From assembly GCA_963974475.1 (NCBI GenBank), contig CAXBCR010000014.1, positions 3,176 to 67,175 on the forward strand: DNA of 64,000 nucleotides, in the 5' to 3' direction. This DNA is from an uncultured Flavobacteriales bacterium. GTDB lineage: Bacteria; Bacteroidota; Bacteroidia; Flavobacteriales_G; Salibacteraceae. How positions within the stretch are numbered: position 1 is the stretch's first letter; the number at the start of each line of letters is the position of its first letter. Below are positions 1 to 9,470 of the stretch, piece by piece. The position numbers were made by a program, and so were the translations under genes. The notes below the pieces were generated by a model, which did no database searches, was not told the origin of the DNA, and was given only the letters and a program-made list of their open reading frames with translations.

Positions 1-160
1 ATTCCGGCATCCATGCTATATTTTTATCACTATTTAATTGTCAATTGCATTCATGTAATTCCACTCTCCACCCATTACCTCCAAAAATCAATTTACCCAT
101 GAATAAATCAATAGGCTCTGCTTCATTTACCTACGCTATATCCACCTAGATTTAGTACTA

Positions 161-1417
161 TTGTCCAACAAAATTAAACGATTGAATTTCGAACTATTCA
201 CAGCATTAAAACTCATTCGAAGCAAGTCTTCGGGTAATTCGGAACGGAATAATATCCGCCCCATTATCAATATTGCGTTGGCTGGTATTGCCATCAGTGT
301 GGCGGTGATGATTCTTTCTATTGCCATCGTTACCGGATTTCAAAACGAAATTCGTGAAAAAATTATTGGGTTTGGTGGTCACATTACCATTTCAAATTTT
401 CAAAGTACCGATGGGTTTGAAACCATTCCTATTTCTACCGACCAGCCATTTTACCCGGAGCTCGACACGCTTCAAAAGGTGAGTAATATTCAGGTGTATG
501 CCAACAAAACAGGTATTCTAAAAACGAAAGAAGAAATTTTAGGTATCGTACTCAAAGGAATCGGTCGTGATTTTGACTGGACCTTTTTTAAAGAGTACCT
601 AACCGAAGGAGACACCTTGGCATTTAGCGATAGTACTAAATCTAACAACGTAGTCATTTCTCAAAAAATTGCCAATAAAATGAACCTTTCCGTAGGCGAA
701 AGCTTCATTGTTTATTTTATAAAAGACACCAGACCTCGCCCTCGAAAATTTACCATTTCCGGAATTTACGCGACCAGTTTGGAGGGTTTTGACGACCTAT
801 TTATAATTGGAGATATTCGACATATTCAACGTTTAAATGGATGGAACGAAGACCAAGTAGGAGGCTTTGAAATCAATCTAAAGAGCTACGAAGATTTGGA
901 TGAAATTGACGATTTCATATTCAATAATATTCCGTTCGAATACAAAACAACCACCATCATAAACCGAAACCAGAATCTTTTTGGTTGGCTAGACTTACAG
1001 GATATTAACGTTACCATCATCATCGGTTTAATGATTTTAGTATCTGGAATCAATATGGCTTCGGCTTTACTAATTATGATTCTAGACCGAACCCGAATGA
1101 TTGGAATTTTTAAATCAATGGGAGCCACCAATGCCAGCATCCGAAAACTATTTCTTTACATCGCCACGTATTTAATGATTGTGGGGCTTTTTTGGGGAAA
1201 CCTCATCGGTATTTCACTCGCCCTAGTGCAGAAATATTTCAAAATAATTTCGCTTCCAGCCGAAACGTATTACATTTCTCATGTACCTATCAACATTGAG
1301 TTAGGCAGTGTTATTTTACTCAATGTTTTTACTTTGGTCATCTGCCTAATCATGCTAATTGTACCTACCTACATTGTAACGCGAATCTCTGCGGTAGATG
1401 CCATTAAATTGGATTAA
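161..1417 (+). CDS. ABC-transporter permease, FtsX / LolC-LolE family
   Basis: 418-aa ORF. It has one N-terminal TM helix (IALAGIAISVAVMILSIAIV), a ~230-aa extracytoplasmic domain, then three C-terminal TM helices with the FtsX-type segment MIGIFKSMGATNASIRKLF. This is the LolC/LolE-like permease architecture. The ORF-track start is a TTG, so the exact start is uncertain. Confidence 0.8.
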   Translation: MSNKIKRLNFELFTALKLIRSKSSGNSERNNIRPIINIALAGIAISVAVMILSIAIVTGFQNEIREKIIGFGGHITISNFQSTDGFETIPISTDQPFYPELDTLQKVSNIQVYANKTGILKTKEEILGIVLKGIGRDFDWTFFKEYLTEGDTLAFSDSTKSNNVVISQKIANKMNLSVGESFIVYFIKDTRPRPRKFTISGIYATSLEGFDDLFIIGDIRHIQRLNGWNEDQVGGFEINLKSYEDLDEIDDFIFNNIPFEYKTTTIINRNQNLFGWLDLQDINVTIIIGLMILVSGINMASALLIMILDRTRMIGIFKSMGATNASIRKLFLYIATYLMIVGLFWGNLIGISLALVQKYFKIISLPAETYYISHVPINIELGSVILLNVFTLVICLIMLIVPTYIVTRISAVDAIKLD

Positions 1418-1460
1418 ATTCCTTCTATTTGCAGCCACAAAAAATCAATCAATTTTTCAA

Positions 1461-1748
1461 ATGAACAATATTAAAATATTACGCTACCTCGCCATTTTAG
1501 AAGGAATTAGCTACATCGTATTACTAGGAATTTGCGTACCGCTTAAATATATATGGGACGTACCCGAACCTACTCGACCTGTAGGATCAGTACATGGAAT
1601 TTTATTTGTAGCCTATGTAATTTGGTTACTCATCGTAGGCCGTAAATTAAAATGGAATCTACTCACTCACTTTTGGGGCTTTATTGCATCCTTATTACCT
1701 TTCGGGACATTTGTTTTTGAAATTAAATATCTAAAATCGAAAGTTTAA
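1461..1748 (+). CDS. DUF3817-type small integral membrane protein
   Basis: ORF 1398-1748 was trimmed to the first ATG (1461) because the upstream part overlaps the end of the permease gene. The 95-aa product has three hydrophobic helices. The N-terminus MNNIKILRYLAILEGISYIVLL resembles DUF3817/YdzA-like proteins. Confidence 0.65.
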   Translation: MNNIKILRYLAILEGISYIVLLGICVPLKYIWDVPEPTRPVGSVHGILFVAYVIWLLIVGRKLKWNLLTHFWGFIASLLPFGTFVFEIKYLKSKV

Positions 1749-1795
1749 AATCACCGAAAGTCACCTAGGTTCACACCAATTTTAAAGAAATTAAA

Positions 1796-2785
1796 ATGAC
1801 AGCAGACAAAAAAGTATACGATAACATTTTGGGAAGTATTGGAAATACCCCAATGATACGACTGAATGAAATAGCTAAAGATATTCCGGGAACCATTCTA
1901 GGTAAAGTAGAATATTTCAATCCTGGAAACTCGGTAAAAGACCGAATGGGATTAAAAATGGTAGAAGATGCGGAAGCAAACGGCACTTTAAAACCCGGAG
2001 GAACCATCATTGAATGCACCTCTGGTAATACAGGAATGGGTATAGCATTGGCCGCAATTGTAAAAGGTTACAAATGTATTTTCACTACCAACGACAAACA
2101 AAGCAAGGAAAAAGTAGATGTTTTACGCGCCTTAGGAGCCGAAGTAATTGTTTGCCCTACCGCGGTTTCGCCTACCCACCCAGATTCATATTACTCTGTA
2201 GCGGAGCGCAAAAACAAAGAAATTGAAAACTCGGTTTGGTTAAATCAATACGACAATTTATCCAATCGTCAAGCGCATTACGAATCTACCGGACCTGAAA
2301 TTTGGGCACAAACCGAAGGTAAAATCACCCACTTTGTAGTTGGTGTAGGTACCGGAGGAACCATTTCGGGAGTTGGAAAATATTTGAAAGAACAAAATCC
2401 AGATGTCAAAATTTGGGGCGTTGATTCTTTCGGGTCTGTTTTCAAAAAATACTTGGAAACGGGTGAGTTTGATGAAAATGAAATTCACTCTTACCTAACC
2501 GAAGGCATTGGCGAAGATATTCTACCAAAAAACGTAGATTTTAGTTTAATTGACCATTTTGAAAAAGTAACCGATAAAGATGGAGCTTTAGTAGCCAGAG
2601 AATTGGCATTAAAAGAAGGATTGCTTTTAGGTTACTCCGCAGGTTCTGCTTTTGGTGCCGTGCGTCAGCTTAAAGATGAATTAAAAGAAGATGATGTTGT
2701 GGTCATTCTGTTCCATGATCACGGTTCACGATACGTGGGGAAAATATTCAACGATGATTGGATGAAAGAACAAGGGTTTATTTAA
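1796..2785 (+). CDS. PLP-dependent cysteine synthase / cystathionine beta-synthase family enzyme (no CBS pair)
   Basis: 329 aa. It has the PLP-lysine motif NPGNSVKDR, the TSGNTGMG loop and the glycine-rich phosphate loop GVGTGGTISG of fold-type II PLP enzymes (CysK/CysM/CBS). Confidence 0.85.
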   Translation: MTADKKVYDNILGSIGNTPMIRLNEIAKDIPGTILGKVEYFNPGNSVKDRMGLKMVEDAEANGTLKPGGTIIECTSGNTGMGIALAAIVKGYKCIFTTNDKQSKEKVDVLRALGAEVIVCPTAVSPTHPDSYYSVAERKNKEIENSVWLNQYDNLSNRQAHYESTGPEIWAQTEGKITHFVVGVGTGGTISGVGKYLKEQNPDVKIWGVDSFGSVFKKYLETGEFDENEIHSYLTEGIGEDILPKNVDFSLIDHFEKVTDKDGALVARELALKEGLLLGYSAGSAFGAVRQLKDELKEDDVVVILFHDHGSRYVGKIFNDDWMKEQGFI

Positions 2786-2798
2786 TCCTAAAATATTA

Positions 2799-2836
2799 GA
2801 AGCCGCATTTACATTCGTACTTGCGGCTTTTTTTTG
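2799..2836 (+). terminator. Rho-independent terminator after the cysteine-synthase-family gene
   Basis: Stem AAGCCGCA (2800-2807) pairs with TGCGGCTT (2822-2829). It is followed by a run of T and sits 14 nt after the stop codon, in a convergent gap. Confidence 0.7.
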
Positions 2837-2862
2837 ATACGTAATCCGGTAAATTCCTAAAA

Positions 2863-3993
2863 CTATCGAATTAAATCCAGTAGCTCTTCTTTTCCTAAAA
2901 ATTTCCCTCGCGACAAATTGGATAATAAAACAATGGCAATATCCTCTTCCGGAATACGGATGAAATAGCTTCGGTAACCTCTCCACCATCCTAAGTGATA
3001 GATAATGCGGGGATAATTATTCCGCTCTTTTACAATTCGCCAACCTAAGCCGTAACTTCCGTTTTTGTAGTTAAATTTAGAACGCGGCTCATACATGTTT
3101 TGAGACGTTTCATAGTCCACCACACTGCCATCCTGAAGGGCTAAATGCAATTTCAACATGTCCATTGTAGTGGAATACACCCCTTTATCTCCGGTAATTC
3201 CATTTAAATAATAATCAGGAATATGCCATCTTCTATTTTCACTACCAATGGCTAAATTAGGAATGCTCCGCATATCCATATTGCTATAAATCAAGGAATG
3301 AGTCATACCCACTTTGTTAAACACATTCTCTTGCACCAATTGGCCAAACTCCTTTCCTGTCACCTTTTCGGCAATAGCTGCCAGTAAAAAATAATTGGTA
3401 TTACTATAATTAAACTTTCGGTTGACCGGATAATAAGGTGCTGGATTTTTCACAATAAAACTATCCAATAAATTCGTGTTGCACATTGGTATATCTTGAT
3501 TCAACCATAACGAATCGGTGATATACATGTAATTACTTAATCCGGACCGGTGACTTAAAAGCATCTCGATGGTGATTCCTGGATAAGGAAAACTATCAAT
3601 AATATCAGTAATAGTATCAGTCAAATTTAACTCCCCTTTTTCCACCAACTGCATTATGGTAATGGCTGTAATAGGTTTTGAACCGGATGCTAATTGAAAT
3701 ACGCAACTATCGTTTAGCGGGGTCTTTTCAATGTAATTGCTCACACCAAAACTGTTTTGATATAATTTTCCAGCTTTGTAAAACAATACATTTCCATTAA
3801 ACACCCCGGCCGATAGTTTAATTTCAAAAAACCTATTTATACGTTTTATCGTTGCGTTATCAAAAGATGTAAATACATAAGGCACCTCCGTTTTGGGTGT
3901 TTCTTTCTCTGCAATTGGCTTATTTCCAGAATTCTCTTCACACGAAAAGAAAAACAAAAACATCACACATACTACCGCTACTATTTTTCTCAT
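2863..3993 (-). CDS. Serine hydrolase, class C beta-lactamase / DD-peptidase-like family, lipoprotein
   Basis: 376 aa. It has a lipoprotein-type signal peptide ending FLFFFSC, the S-x-x-K motif (ASGSKP) and the Y-x-N motif (NYSNTNY). Confidence 0.8.
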   Translation of the reverse strand: MRKIVAVVCVMFLFFFSCEENSGNKPIAEKETPKTEVPYVFTSFDNATIKRINRFFEIKLSAGVFNGNVLFYKAGKLYQNSFGVSNYIEKTPLNDSCVFQLASGSKPITAITIMQLVEKGELNLTDTITDIIDSFPYPGITIEMLLSHRSGLSNYMYITDSLWLNQDIPMCNTNLLDSFIVKNPAPYYPVNRKFNYSNTNYFLLAAIAEKVTGKEFGQLVQENVFNKVGMTHSLIYSNMDMRSIPNLAIGSENRRWHIPDYYLNGITGDKGVYSTTMDMLKLHLALQDGSVVDYETSQNMYEPRSKFNYKNGSYGLGWRIVKERNNYPRIIYHLGWWRGYRSYFIRIPEEDIAIVLLSNLSRGKFLGKEELLDLIR

Positions 3994-4120
3994 GCGTCTT
4001 GCAATCTCTTAATTCTTACGAACTTTTTTGCTTTTATTCGGGCGTTCTAACGTACAAAACCCCCAATTATATGAATGGGCGCAAAAGTAAAATCATTAAT
4101 AACCCTACAAAGATTAGGCG

Positions 4121-4128
4121 TAAATTTG
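4121..4128 (+). promoter_or_regulatory. Candidate -7 promoter box TAAATTTG (TAnnTTTG consensus) upstream of the acyltransferase gene
   Basis: Exact match to the Bacteroidota primary-sigma -7 consensus, 42 nt upstream of the ORF start at 4170. No clear TTG -33 element is seen. Confidence 0.35.
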
Positions 4129-4169
4129 TTTAACTGATTACCTTTACCGCCTGTTTAAAGCAAGGAAAT

Positions 4170-4964
4170 TTGGCTAATATATTATTTAAGAAGGACGTAT
4201 TAGGGAACTTTATTTTCGTAAAGAGAATAATTTTCATGGTTTTTGGGGCAATTGCAAACGCACGCTTCCGGAATCTTTTTAATACAGAGTTACGAGGAAC
4301 AGAGATTATTCGGCAGTTGCCCATGAAAAATGTCTTGTTTGTTTCCAACCACCAAACCTACTTCGCGGATGTGACCTTAATGATTATTGCATTCTCAAGT
4401 GCTAAGAATGGGTTTAAAAATAGAATCGGGCCACTTTACCATTTACTAAATGCCAATTTCAGAGTCTATTTTGTAGCCGCAAAAGAAACCATGAAAAAAA
4501 GTATGTTGACCAAAGCCATGACCAAAGCGGGTGGTATTTTAGTGCAACGTACCTGGAAAAAAGAAGGCAGAGCGGCAAATTTAAAAGTAGATACTTCCGA
4601 TTCGGATATGATTGGGAAAGCACTTACAGATGGTTGGGTAATTACCTTTCCACAAGGCACTACCACTCCTTTTGTAAGAGGCCGAAAAGGAACTGCGCAC
4701 ATCATTAAGAAACACAAACCTATTGTAATACCTGTGGTTATTGATGGTTTTAGACGTTCATTCGACAAAAAAGGATTGCTTATTAAGAAGAAAGGCGCCA
4801 CTATTAGTATGACTTTTAAACCTGCAATGAATATCAACTACGATGATGATGTAGATACTATTTTAAAACAGGTAATGCATTCTATTGAGCAAAGCGAGGA
4901 GTTTTACCCCGAAAAGCTAAAGAAGGACCCTAAAACTGAGGATAAAAAAACCTCCACTATCTAA
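4170..4964 (+). CDS. Lysophospholipid (1-acyl-sn-glycerol-3-phosphate) acyltransferase family protein
   Basis: 264 aa. It has the acyltransferase block I-like motif SNHQTYFAD and the block III-like motif FPQGTT. The ORF-track start is TTG, and an in-frame ATG at 4236 is an alternative start. Confidence 0.65.
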   Translation: MANILFKKDVLGNFIFVKRIIFMVFGAIANARFRNLFNTELRGTEIIRQLPMKNVLFVSNHQTYFADVTLMIIAFSSAKNGFKNRIGPLYHLLNANFRVYFVAAKETMKKSMLTKAMTKAGGILVQRTWKKEGRAANLKVDTSDSDMIGKALTDGWVITFPQGTTTPFVRGRKGTAHIIKKHKPIVIPVVIDGFRRSFDKKGLLIKKKGATISMTFKPAMNINYDDDVDTILKQVMHSIEQSEEFYPEKLKKDPKTEDKKTSTI

Positions 4965-4979
4965 GATAGAAGAGGTTTT
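4948..4979 (+). terminator. Weak stem-loop spanning the acyltransferase stop codon
   Basis: AAACCTC (4948-4954) pairs with GAGGTTT (4972-4978), with an inner CTATC/GATAG stem and the TAA stop in the loop. Only a short T run follows. Confidence 0.3.
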
Positions 4980-5130
4980 ACATTAACCCGAACCCTCAAC
5001 TAATAATAATTAAATTACCAGTTAAGAAAAATATATACTGCAAATATGAGCCGTTAACTCAGTTCAAAATGTAGCCCAACCGACAATTGGAATAGTTTAC
5101 AGAATCAATGATATTAGTGTGACAATAGCC

Positions 5131-5616
5131 TTATTTTAATTCCGGAAAATACTCCTTTCCTAAAATCTGCTTTTGCGCTATAGTTAAATGCGCTAAAATG
5201 CCCGTTTTTTCAATTGGATACGCAGAGAAAGTTCCCATTCCCTTGGCAATAAATTTATCCGTATTGATTAGTTTAATGTCCCCTTCTGCAATAATTAAAC
5301 GGTTTCCTTTTTGAATTACTTTTCCCTCTCCTACCAAAATATCGCCCAAACGGGCAGGTGCTAAGTAATTAATTTTAAACTCTACGGTAGAAACTAATTT
5401 TCCATCATGGCAAGAAGCTGATAAGGATGCTACGCCAAGAACGGCATCCATCATAGCCGCCAAAACACCTCCGTGAATAGCAATGGGAGTGGCTAGATGC
5501 TTTTCTTGAACCGGCATTATATACCGAATATGCCCAGGAGAAATCACCTCCAATTCTAATTCATTTAAGGTTCCGTACTTATTTATGGAATTGTATAATT
5601 TTAAAATCTTGTGCAT
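5131..5616 (-). CDS. PaaI-family (hotdog fold) thioesterase
   Basis: 161 aa. The central motif HGGVLAAMMDAVLGVA and the overall size are typical of PaaI/YbgC-like 4HBT thioesterases. Confidence 0.75.
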   Translation of the reverse strand: MHKILKLYNSINKYGTLNELELEVISPGHIRYIMPVQEKHLATPIAIHGGVLAAMMDAVLGVASLSASCHDGKLVSTVEFKINYLAPARLGDILVGEGKVIQKGNRLIIAEGDIKLINTDKFIAKGMGTFSAYPIEKTGILAHLTIAQKQILGKEYFPELK

Positions 5617-5673
5617 GAATCAAAAGTACAGATTTCATCGTATCCGTTTTACAACTTTCCATATTTTCGCATC

Positions 5674-6414
5674 ATGAGTGCACCACGTAAAAGAAAGGAT
5701 ATTTCTAAAAAAATCGCCAAGTTATCTAAGTCCCAAAAAGACGAATTGTATCACTATTTAGCGACCTTTATAAAAGACCAAAGACGCGACCGACTCAACG
5801 GAGTTTTGGACAATAGAACCACTCATTTTTGTATTGCTATGGAAGACTTGTTTTACGAGCGAAATTCGGGTGCTATTATTAGAACTGCAGATGGATACGG
5901 AATTCAGAATATAAATGTCATTGAACCGAAGGATTCTTTTAAATCTAAAGTAACCAACATAATCTCGAAAGGAGCGGAAAAATGGGTGACAAAAACTCAA
6001 TTTGGAGACCCTGAAACAGGCGTTATGGATTGCATTCAAAAATTACGCGCAGATGGCTATCAAATTGTAGCCACCTCTCCTCATACCGATGGGCACACCA
6101 TTCATGATTTTGACATCAGTAAAAAATCGGCTTTCTTTTTGGGAACCGAGAAAACAGGAATATCGGATGTAATTATGCAAGAAGCCGATGATTATATCAG
6201 TATGCCTATTTATGGATTTACCGAAAGTTATAACGTATCGGTAGCCAATGCCATCCTACTTCATGAAATGATTAATAGGCTTCGAAATAGCGACATCGAT
6301 TGGCACCTCAACGAGGAGGAGCGAAATGAATTGTTACTCGACTGGACCATGAAATCTATTGTCAGTTCAGAAATGATTGCCGAAAAATTTATTGCAGACC
6401 AAGGTTGGGAATAG
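5674..6414 (+). CDS. trmH: tRNA/rRNA 2'-O-methyltransferase, SpoU/TrmH family
   Basis: 246 aa from ATG 5674. The GTG at 5611 in the ORF track would overlap the divergent thioesterase start. SPOUT motifs are NSGAIIRTADGYG, FFLGTEKTGIS and ISMPIYGFTESYNVSVANAILLHE. Confidence 0.8.
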   Translation: MSAPRKRKDISKKIAKLSKSQKDELYHYLATFIKDQRRDRLNGVLDNRTTHFCIAMEDLFYERNSGAIIRTADGYGIQNINVIEPKDSFKSKVTNIISKGAEKWVTKTQFGDPETGVMDCIQKLRADGYQIVATSPHTDGHTIHDFDISKKSAFFLGTEKTGISDVIMQEADDYISMPIYGFTESYNVSVANAILLHEMINRLRNSDIDWHLNEEERNELLLDWTMKSIVSSEMIAEKFIADQGWE

Positions 6415-6430
6415 TTGATTTGTTGCGCTT

Positions 6431-6542
6431 AGGAAAACTATGGTAAAGGTTTTCCTTTGTATGGAATAAAACCATGGCAAAAGCTATTGGCTAAGGCTTT
6501 CCTTTGCGCTGCAAAGGTTCAACCAAGCCATAGCCAAAAGCC
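6431..6542. repeat. Two tandem imperfect palindromic units in the convergent trmH / DUF4139 gap (likely bidirectional terminator structure)
   Basis: Unit 1 (about 6434-6484) and unit 2 (about 6481-6542) share the blocks CTATnGG, TAA(A)GG, TTTCCTTTG and CCATrGCnAAAAGC. Unit 2 folds into a long hairpin: TTGGCTA 6487-6493 pairs with TAGCCAA 6531-6537, GGCTT 6495-6499 with AAGCC 6525-6529, and CCTTTGC 6501-6507 with GCAAAGG 6511-6517. Confidence 0.55.
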
Positions 6543-6566
6543 AACTTCAAAAGCAACTACGCGCCA

Positions 6567-8216
6567 CTACAAATTTACTTGCGAACCTTTAGGGTATTTT
6601 ACCTCGTAATCAAATCTAAAAGTTTCACTTTTACCAGCTTCCAACGTTTTTGTCCATTTTAAAATTCCCGTTTCCACATCATAATCTGCACCCGCAATTT
6701 CACCTACGCTAACCATAATTTCCTTACGTTTGGAAACCGGTACTCTATCATAAATCACAACAGTTACCGCTTCTTTATTCGTGTTTCTAACCGAAATTTC
6801 ATACACATAGTTCTTTTTCACATTGCTACCCACTCTATTATGTGTACATAAATCCTTTACTTTTTCTTGGGTTAAAATAACACCCCTATCACGTCCTAAT
6901 GAAACCTGAAGCGTATCGTCTGAACTTGAAGTGAAAATATAAGACTTGCCCACGTAGGTGTTATTATAAAACAAAGTCGCATTTCCTGGAACCAAATCAT
7001 ATTGTGCCCAATCCACAATGGATGCCGTTAAAAAGGCTTCTTTCTCCAAACTTGGCACAGCATAATGATTAAAAGTAGCAGGAATTTCAATTTGTTTAAT
7101 GAATACTTGCTTTCTGGAATTATCACTCAAAATGGTGTATTTGCTCGAAATAACATACGAAGTATTCAACGCATTTAACACTTGATTTCCGCTACCATAG
7201 CTCGCTTTATCAACCGACTCAATCATTGGGTACGCACCGTTATTTGGAACTGATGAAGCCACCACCCCTTGTTCTGGCGCAGCCTCATCTTCCATCGCCA
7301 TGGCATTATCATAACTACCATAACCAGCGGTTTTTCTGTTTGCTTCATATTTTTTAGCTCGGTAAAAATCCAAATACCATGGGTGTAATTCTGGTTTTTG
7401 ATTGCCATATAAAGGTCGTGTGGTCGACAACAATAAATCCACATTTTCCCAATTCACTCCCGTACCTTGATTTACTAGGGCGTGGTAATCCACATCAATA
7501 TTGGTCGCTCCCGATTTTGCTTTAATATTATACTTTGGCATCCATCCAGCCATACGGGTAAAAAATGAAAAATCAAACTTTGCCTGCATGGAACGCTCAC
7601 TAGAAATCTCCACAATGATTCTACCCACCTGAGTAAATTTATAACTATTCTCTTGGGCCAAATTACCATTAATTCTAGCTTCATCAGCCAATAATTTCGT
7701 TCTAATATTGGTGTTTTTTAGCTCCATTTTCGCAATATCACTAAACCGAGAACGGTAATACTTTGCCATCGCATCCAGCTGGGTTACGGTTAATGATGCA
7801 TTGGCTCCTGCCAGTTTTTTATTGGCTAATATAAGTTGTTTTTCTTCTTTCAAGGCCGTGTTCTCCGCCTCAATTAAATAGCGTTTATCGCGATACATTT
7901 TTAATGAATCTTCTAAAAGCGTTACTCTTAAAGGCTTTGATTTTGCATACGGGTAAAAGTTTTCAAATTTCACCGATAGTATTTCAAAATCGCCAATTCC
8001 TCCAACCTGAATGGTATTTGGGTCAACAAAATGGGTTAAATTATCCAAAATAATGTGTTGCCTACCCGGGGAAATAGACACTTTTGCTTCTCGATTTATC
8101 ATCGCTCCAACGGGGTAAACTGTTACTCCTACTATTTTACTATCTACCGTTTTTTCTGCTGCCCAACTTGCAGTTACCAAAAAGAAAGAACAGGCAATTA
8201 TCCATAAGTTTTTCAT
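6567..8216 (-). CDS. DUF4139 domain protein (DUF4140 N-terminal region; MuiA-like), secreted
   Basis: 549 aa from ATG 8216. The GTG at 8243 adds 9 residues ahead of an obvious signal peptide, MKNLWIIACSFFLVTASWA. The N-terminal segment VGVTVYPVGAMINREAKVSISPGRQHIILDNL fits the DUF4140/DUF4139 family pattern as I remember it. Confidence 0.7.
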   Translation of the reverse strand: MKNLWIIACSFFLVTASWAAEKTVDSKIVGVTVYPVGAMINREAKVSISPGRQHIILDNLTHFVDPNTIQVGGIGDFEILSVKFENFYPYAKSKPLRVTLLEDSLKMYRDKRYLIEAENTALKEEKQLILANKKLAGANASLTVTQLDAMAKYYRSRFSDIAKMELKNTNIRTKLLADEARINGNLAQENSYKFTQVGRIIVEISSERSMQAKFDFSFFTRMAGWMPKYNIKAKSGATNIDVDYHALVNQGTGVNWENVDLLLSTTRPLYGNQKPELHPWYLDFYRAKKYEANRKTAGYGSYDNAMAMEDEAAPEQGVVASSVPNNGAYPMIESVDKASYGSGNQVLNALNTSYVISSKYTILSDNSRKQVFIKQIEIPATFNHYAVPSLEKEAFLTASIVDWAQYDLVPGNATLFYNNTYVGKSYIFTSSSDDTLQVSLGRDRGVILTQEKVKDLCTHNRVGSNVKKNYVYEISVRNTNKEAVTVVIYDRVPVSKRKEIMVSVGEIAGADYDVETGILKWTKTLEAGKSETFRFDYEVKYPKGSQVNL

Positions 8217-8388
8217 CCGTATATTTTTTAAAAAATTAACCACTAGCCAATAAGCGTGCCGAAAAATACCATTTGTTATCCAATTTTTGAGAACCTAATT
8301 AATACTAACTCCTTTTATTTTGGTCTATTTATCACAAAAAACCGCTCCAATTCTATGAAAAAATTACTTTCGTTTCAAATTTCAAAAC

Positions 8389-9171
8389 ATGTCAAAAAAA
8401 CCACTCATTTTAGTTACCAATGATGACGGTGTTACCGCCAAAGGCATTAACTGCCTGGTAGAAGTTGCCAAACAATATGGGGACGTAATAGTGGTTGCTC
8501 CAGACAAACCACAATCAGCTATGGGGCATGCAATTACCATTAACTCCATTCTTCATGTTAATGAAATTTCGGTTAATGACAACGTAACCACGTTAAGTAC
8601 CACAGGAACTCCTGTAGATTGTGTGAAATTAGCGGTCAATGAAATTTTAAAACGTAAACCAGACCTCGTTTTGAGTGGCATTAATCACGGTTCAAATGCC
8701 TCCATTAATGTCATTTATTCAGGTACGATGTCTGCCGCGGTCGAAGCATGTTTAGAAGGAATTCCAGCAATTGGTTTTTCGCTTTTAGATTTCGACCATG
8801 ATGCTGATTTCACCGCCTCCAAGCATTACGCCAACCTCATCATTCCACATGTTCTTGAAAACGGAATTCCAACGGGTGTTTGCCTCAACGTAAACATCCC
8901 TAAATTGGATTTGAAAGACATTAAAGGAATTAAAATTTGCAGGCAAGCCAACGCCAATTGGGAGGAGAAATTTGATAAAAGAACCAATCCCCACGGAAAA
9001 ACTTACTATTGGCTCACAGGTGATTTCGTAAATTACGAAGCCGGTGAGGATAGCGATTTGTATGCTTTAGATCATGGGTACGTTTCCATTGTACCCACCC
9101 AATTTGACATGACCGCGCATAAATCAATCGCCACTCTTGAAAATATTTTTAAAGATGTTAGAAAAAGATAA
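8389..9171 (+). CDS. surE: 5'/3'-nucleotidase SurE
   Basis: 260 aa. It has the N-terminal LILVTNDDG signature and the GINHGSN motif. Confidence 0.95.
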   Translation: MSKKPLILVTNDDGVTAKGINCLVEVAKQYGDVIVVAPDKPQSAMGHAITINSILHVNEISVNDNVTTLSTTGTPVDCVKLAVNEILKRKPDLVLSGINHGSNASINVIYSGTMSAAVEACLEGIPAIGFSLLDFDHDADFTASKHYANLIIPHVLENGIPTGVCLNVNIPKLDLKDIKGIKICRQANANWEEKFDKRTNPHGKTYYWLTGDFVNYEAGEDSDLYALDHGYVSIVPTQFDMTAHKSIATLENIFKDVRKR

Positions 9172-9433
9172 ATTCTGGATAGGAATCGTAATTGGTACAC
9201 TATTACCTATCGCTATTTACACCATTTTCGCGTTAGGTATGGAAATGGCCGACCGTTATGTTTCCAATGAAATTAGCGAGAAATTTCAACTCGTGCTCAT
9301 TGCCGTAAACGCTATAGTGATGCGCCAATTTATGATTAAAAGAAAGCAAGATAATATTGGTAAAGGCATACTATTCATCACCTTTGCCACTGTAATTGCA
9401 CATGTGATTTATTATTACACGGACCTTTTGTAG
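9155..9433 (+). CDS. Small integral membrane protein, unknown function
   Basis: 92 aa from ATG 9155 (TTG at 9137 in the ORF track). It has three hydrophobic helices, overlaps the surE 3' end by 17 nt, and lies between surE and lpxB. Confidence 0.5.
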   Translation: MLEKDKFWIGIVIGTLLPIAIYTIFALGMEMADRYVSNEISEKFQLVLIAVNAIVMRQFMIKRKQDNIGKGILFITFATVIAHVIYYYTDLL

Positions 9434-9470
9434 TCCATCTCAATACTAAATCCATTTAAACGGATCTATA

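Noticed and set aside
1-102. Open frame-1 stretch ending at TGA 100-102, a possible 3' end of an upstream gene
   Set aside because: Only 33 codons are visible and there is no recognisable motif, so it cannot be supported from this window.
8355-8423. 22-codon upstream ORF (MKKLLSFQISKH...) overlapping the surE start
   Set aside because: It is out of frame with surE, has no conservation evidence, and an AT-rich region easily yields such ORFs.
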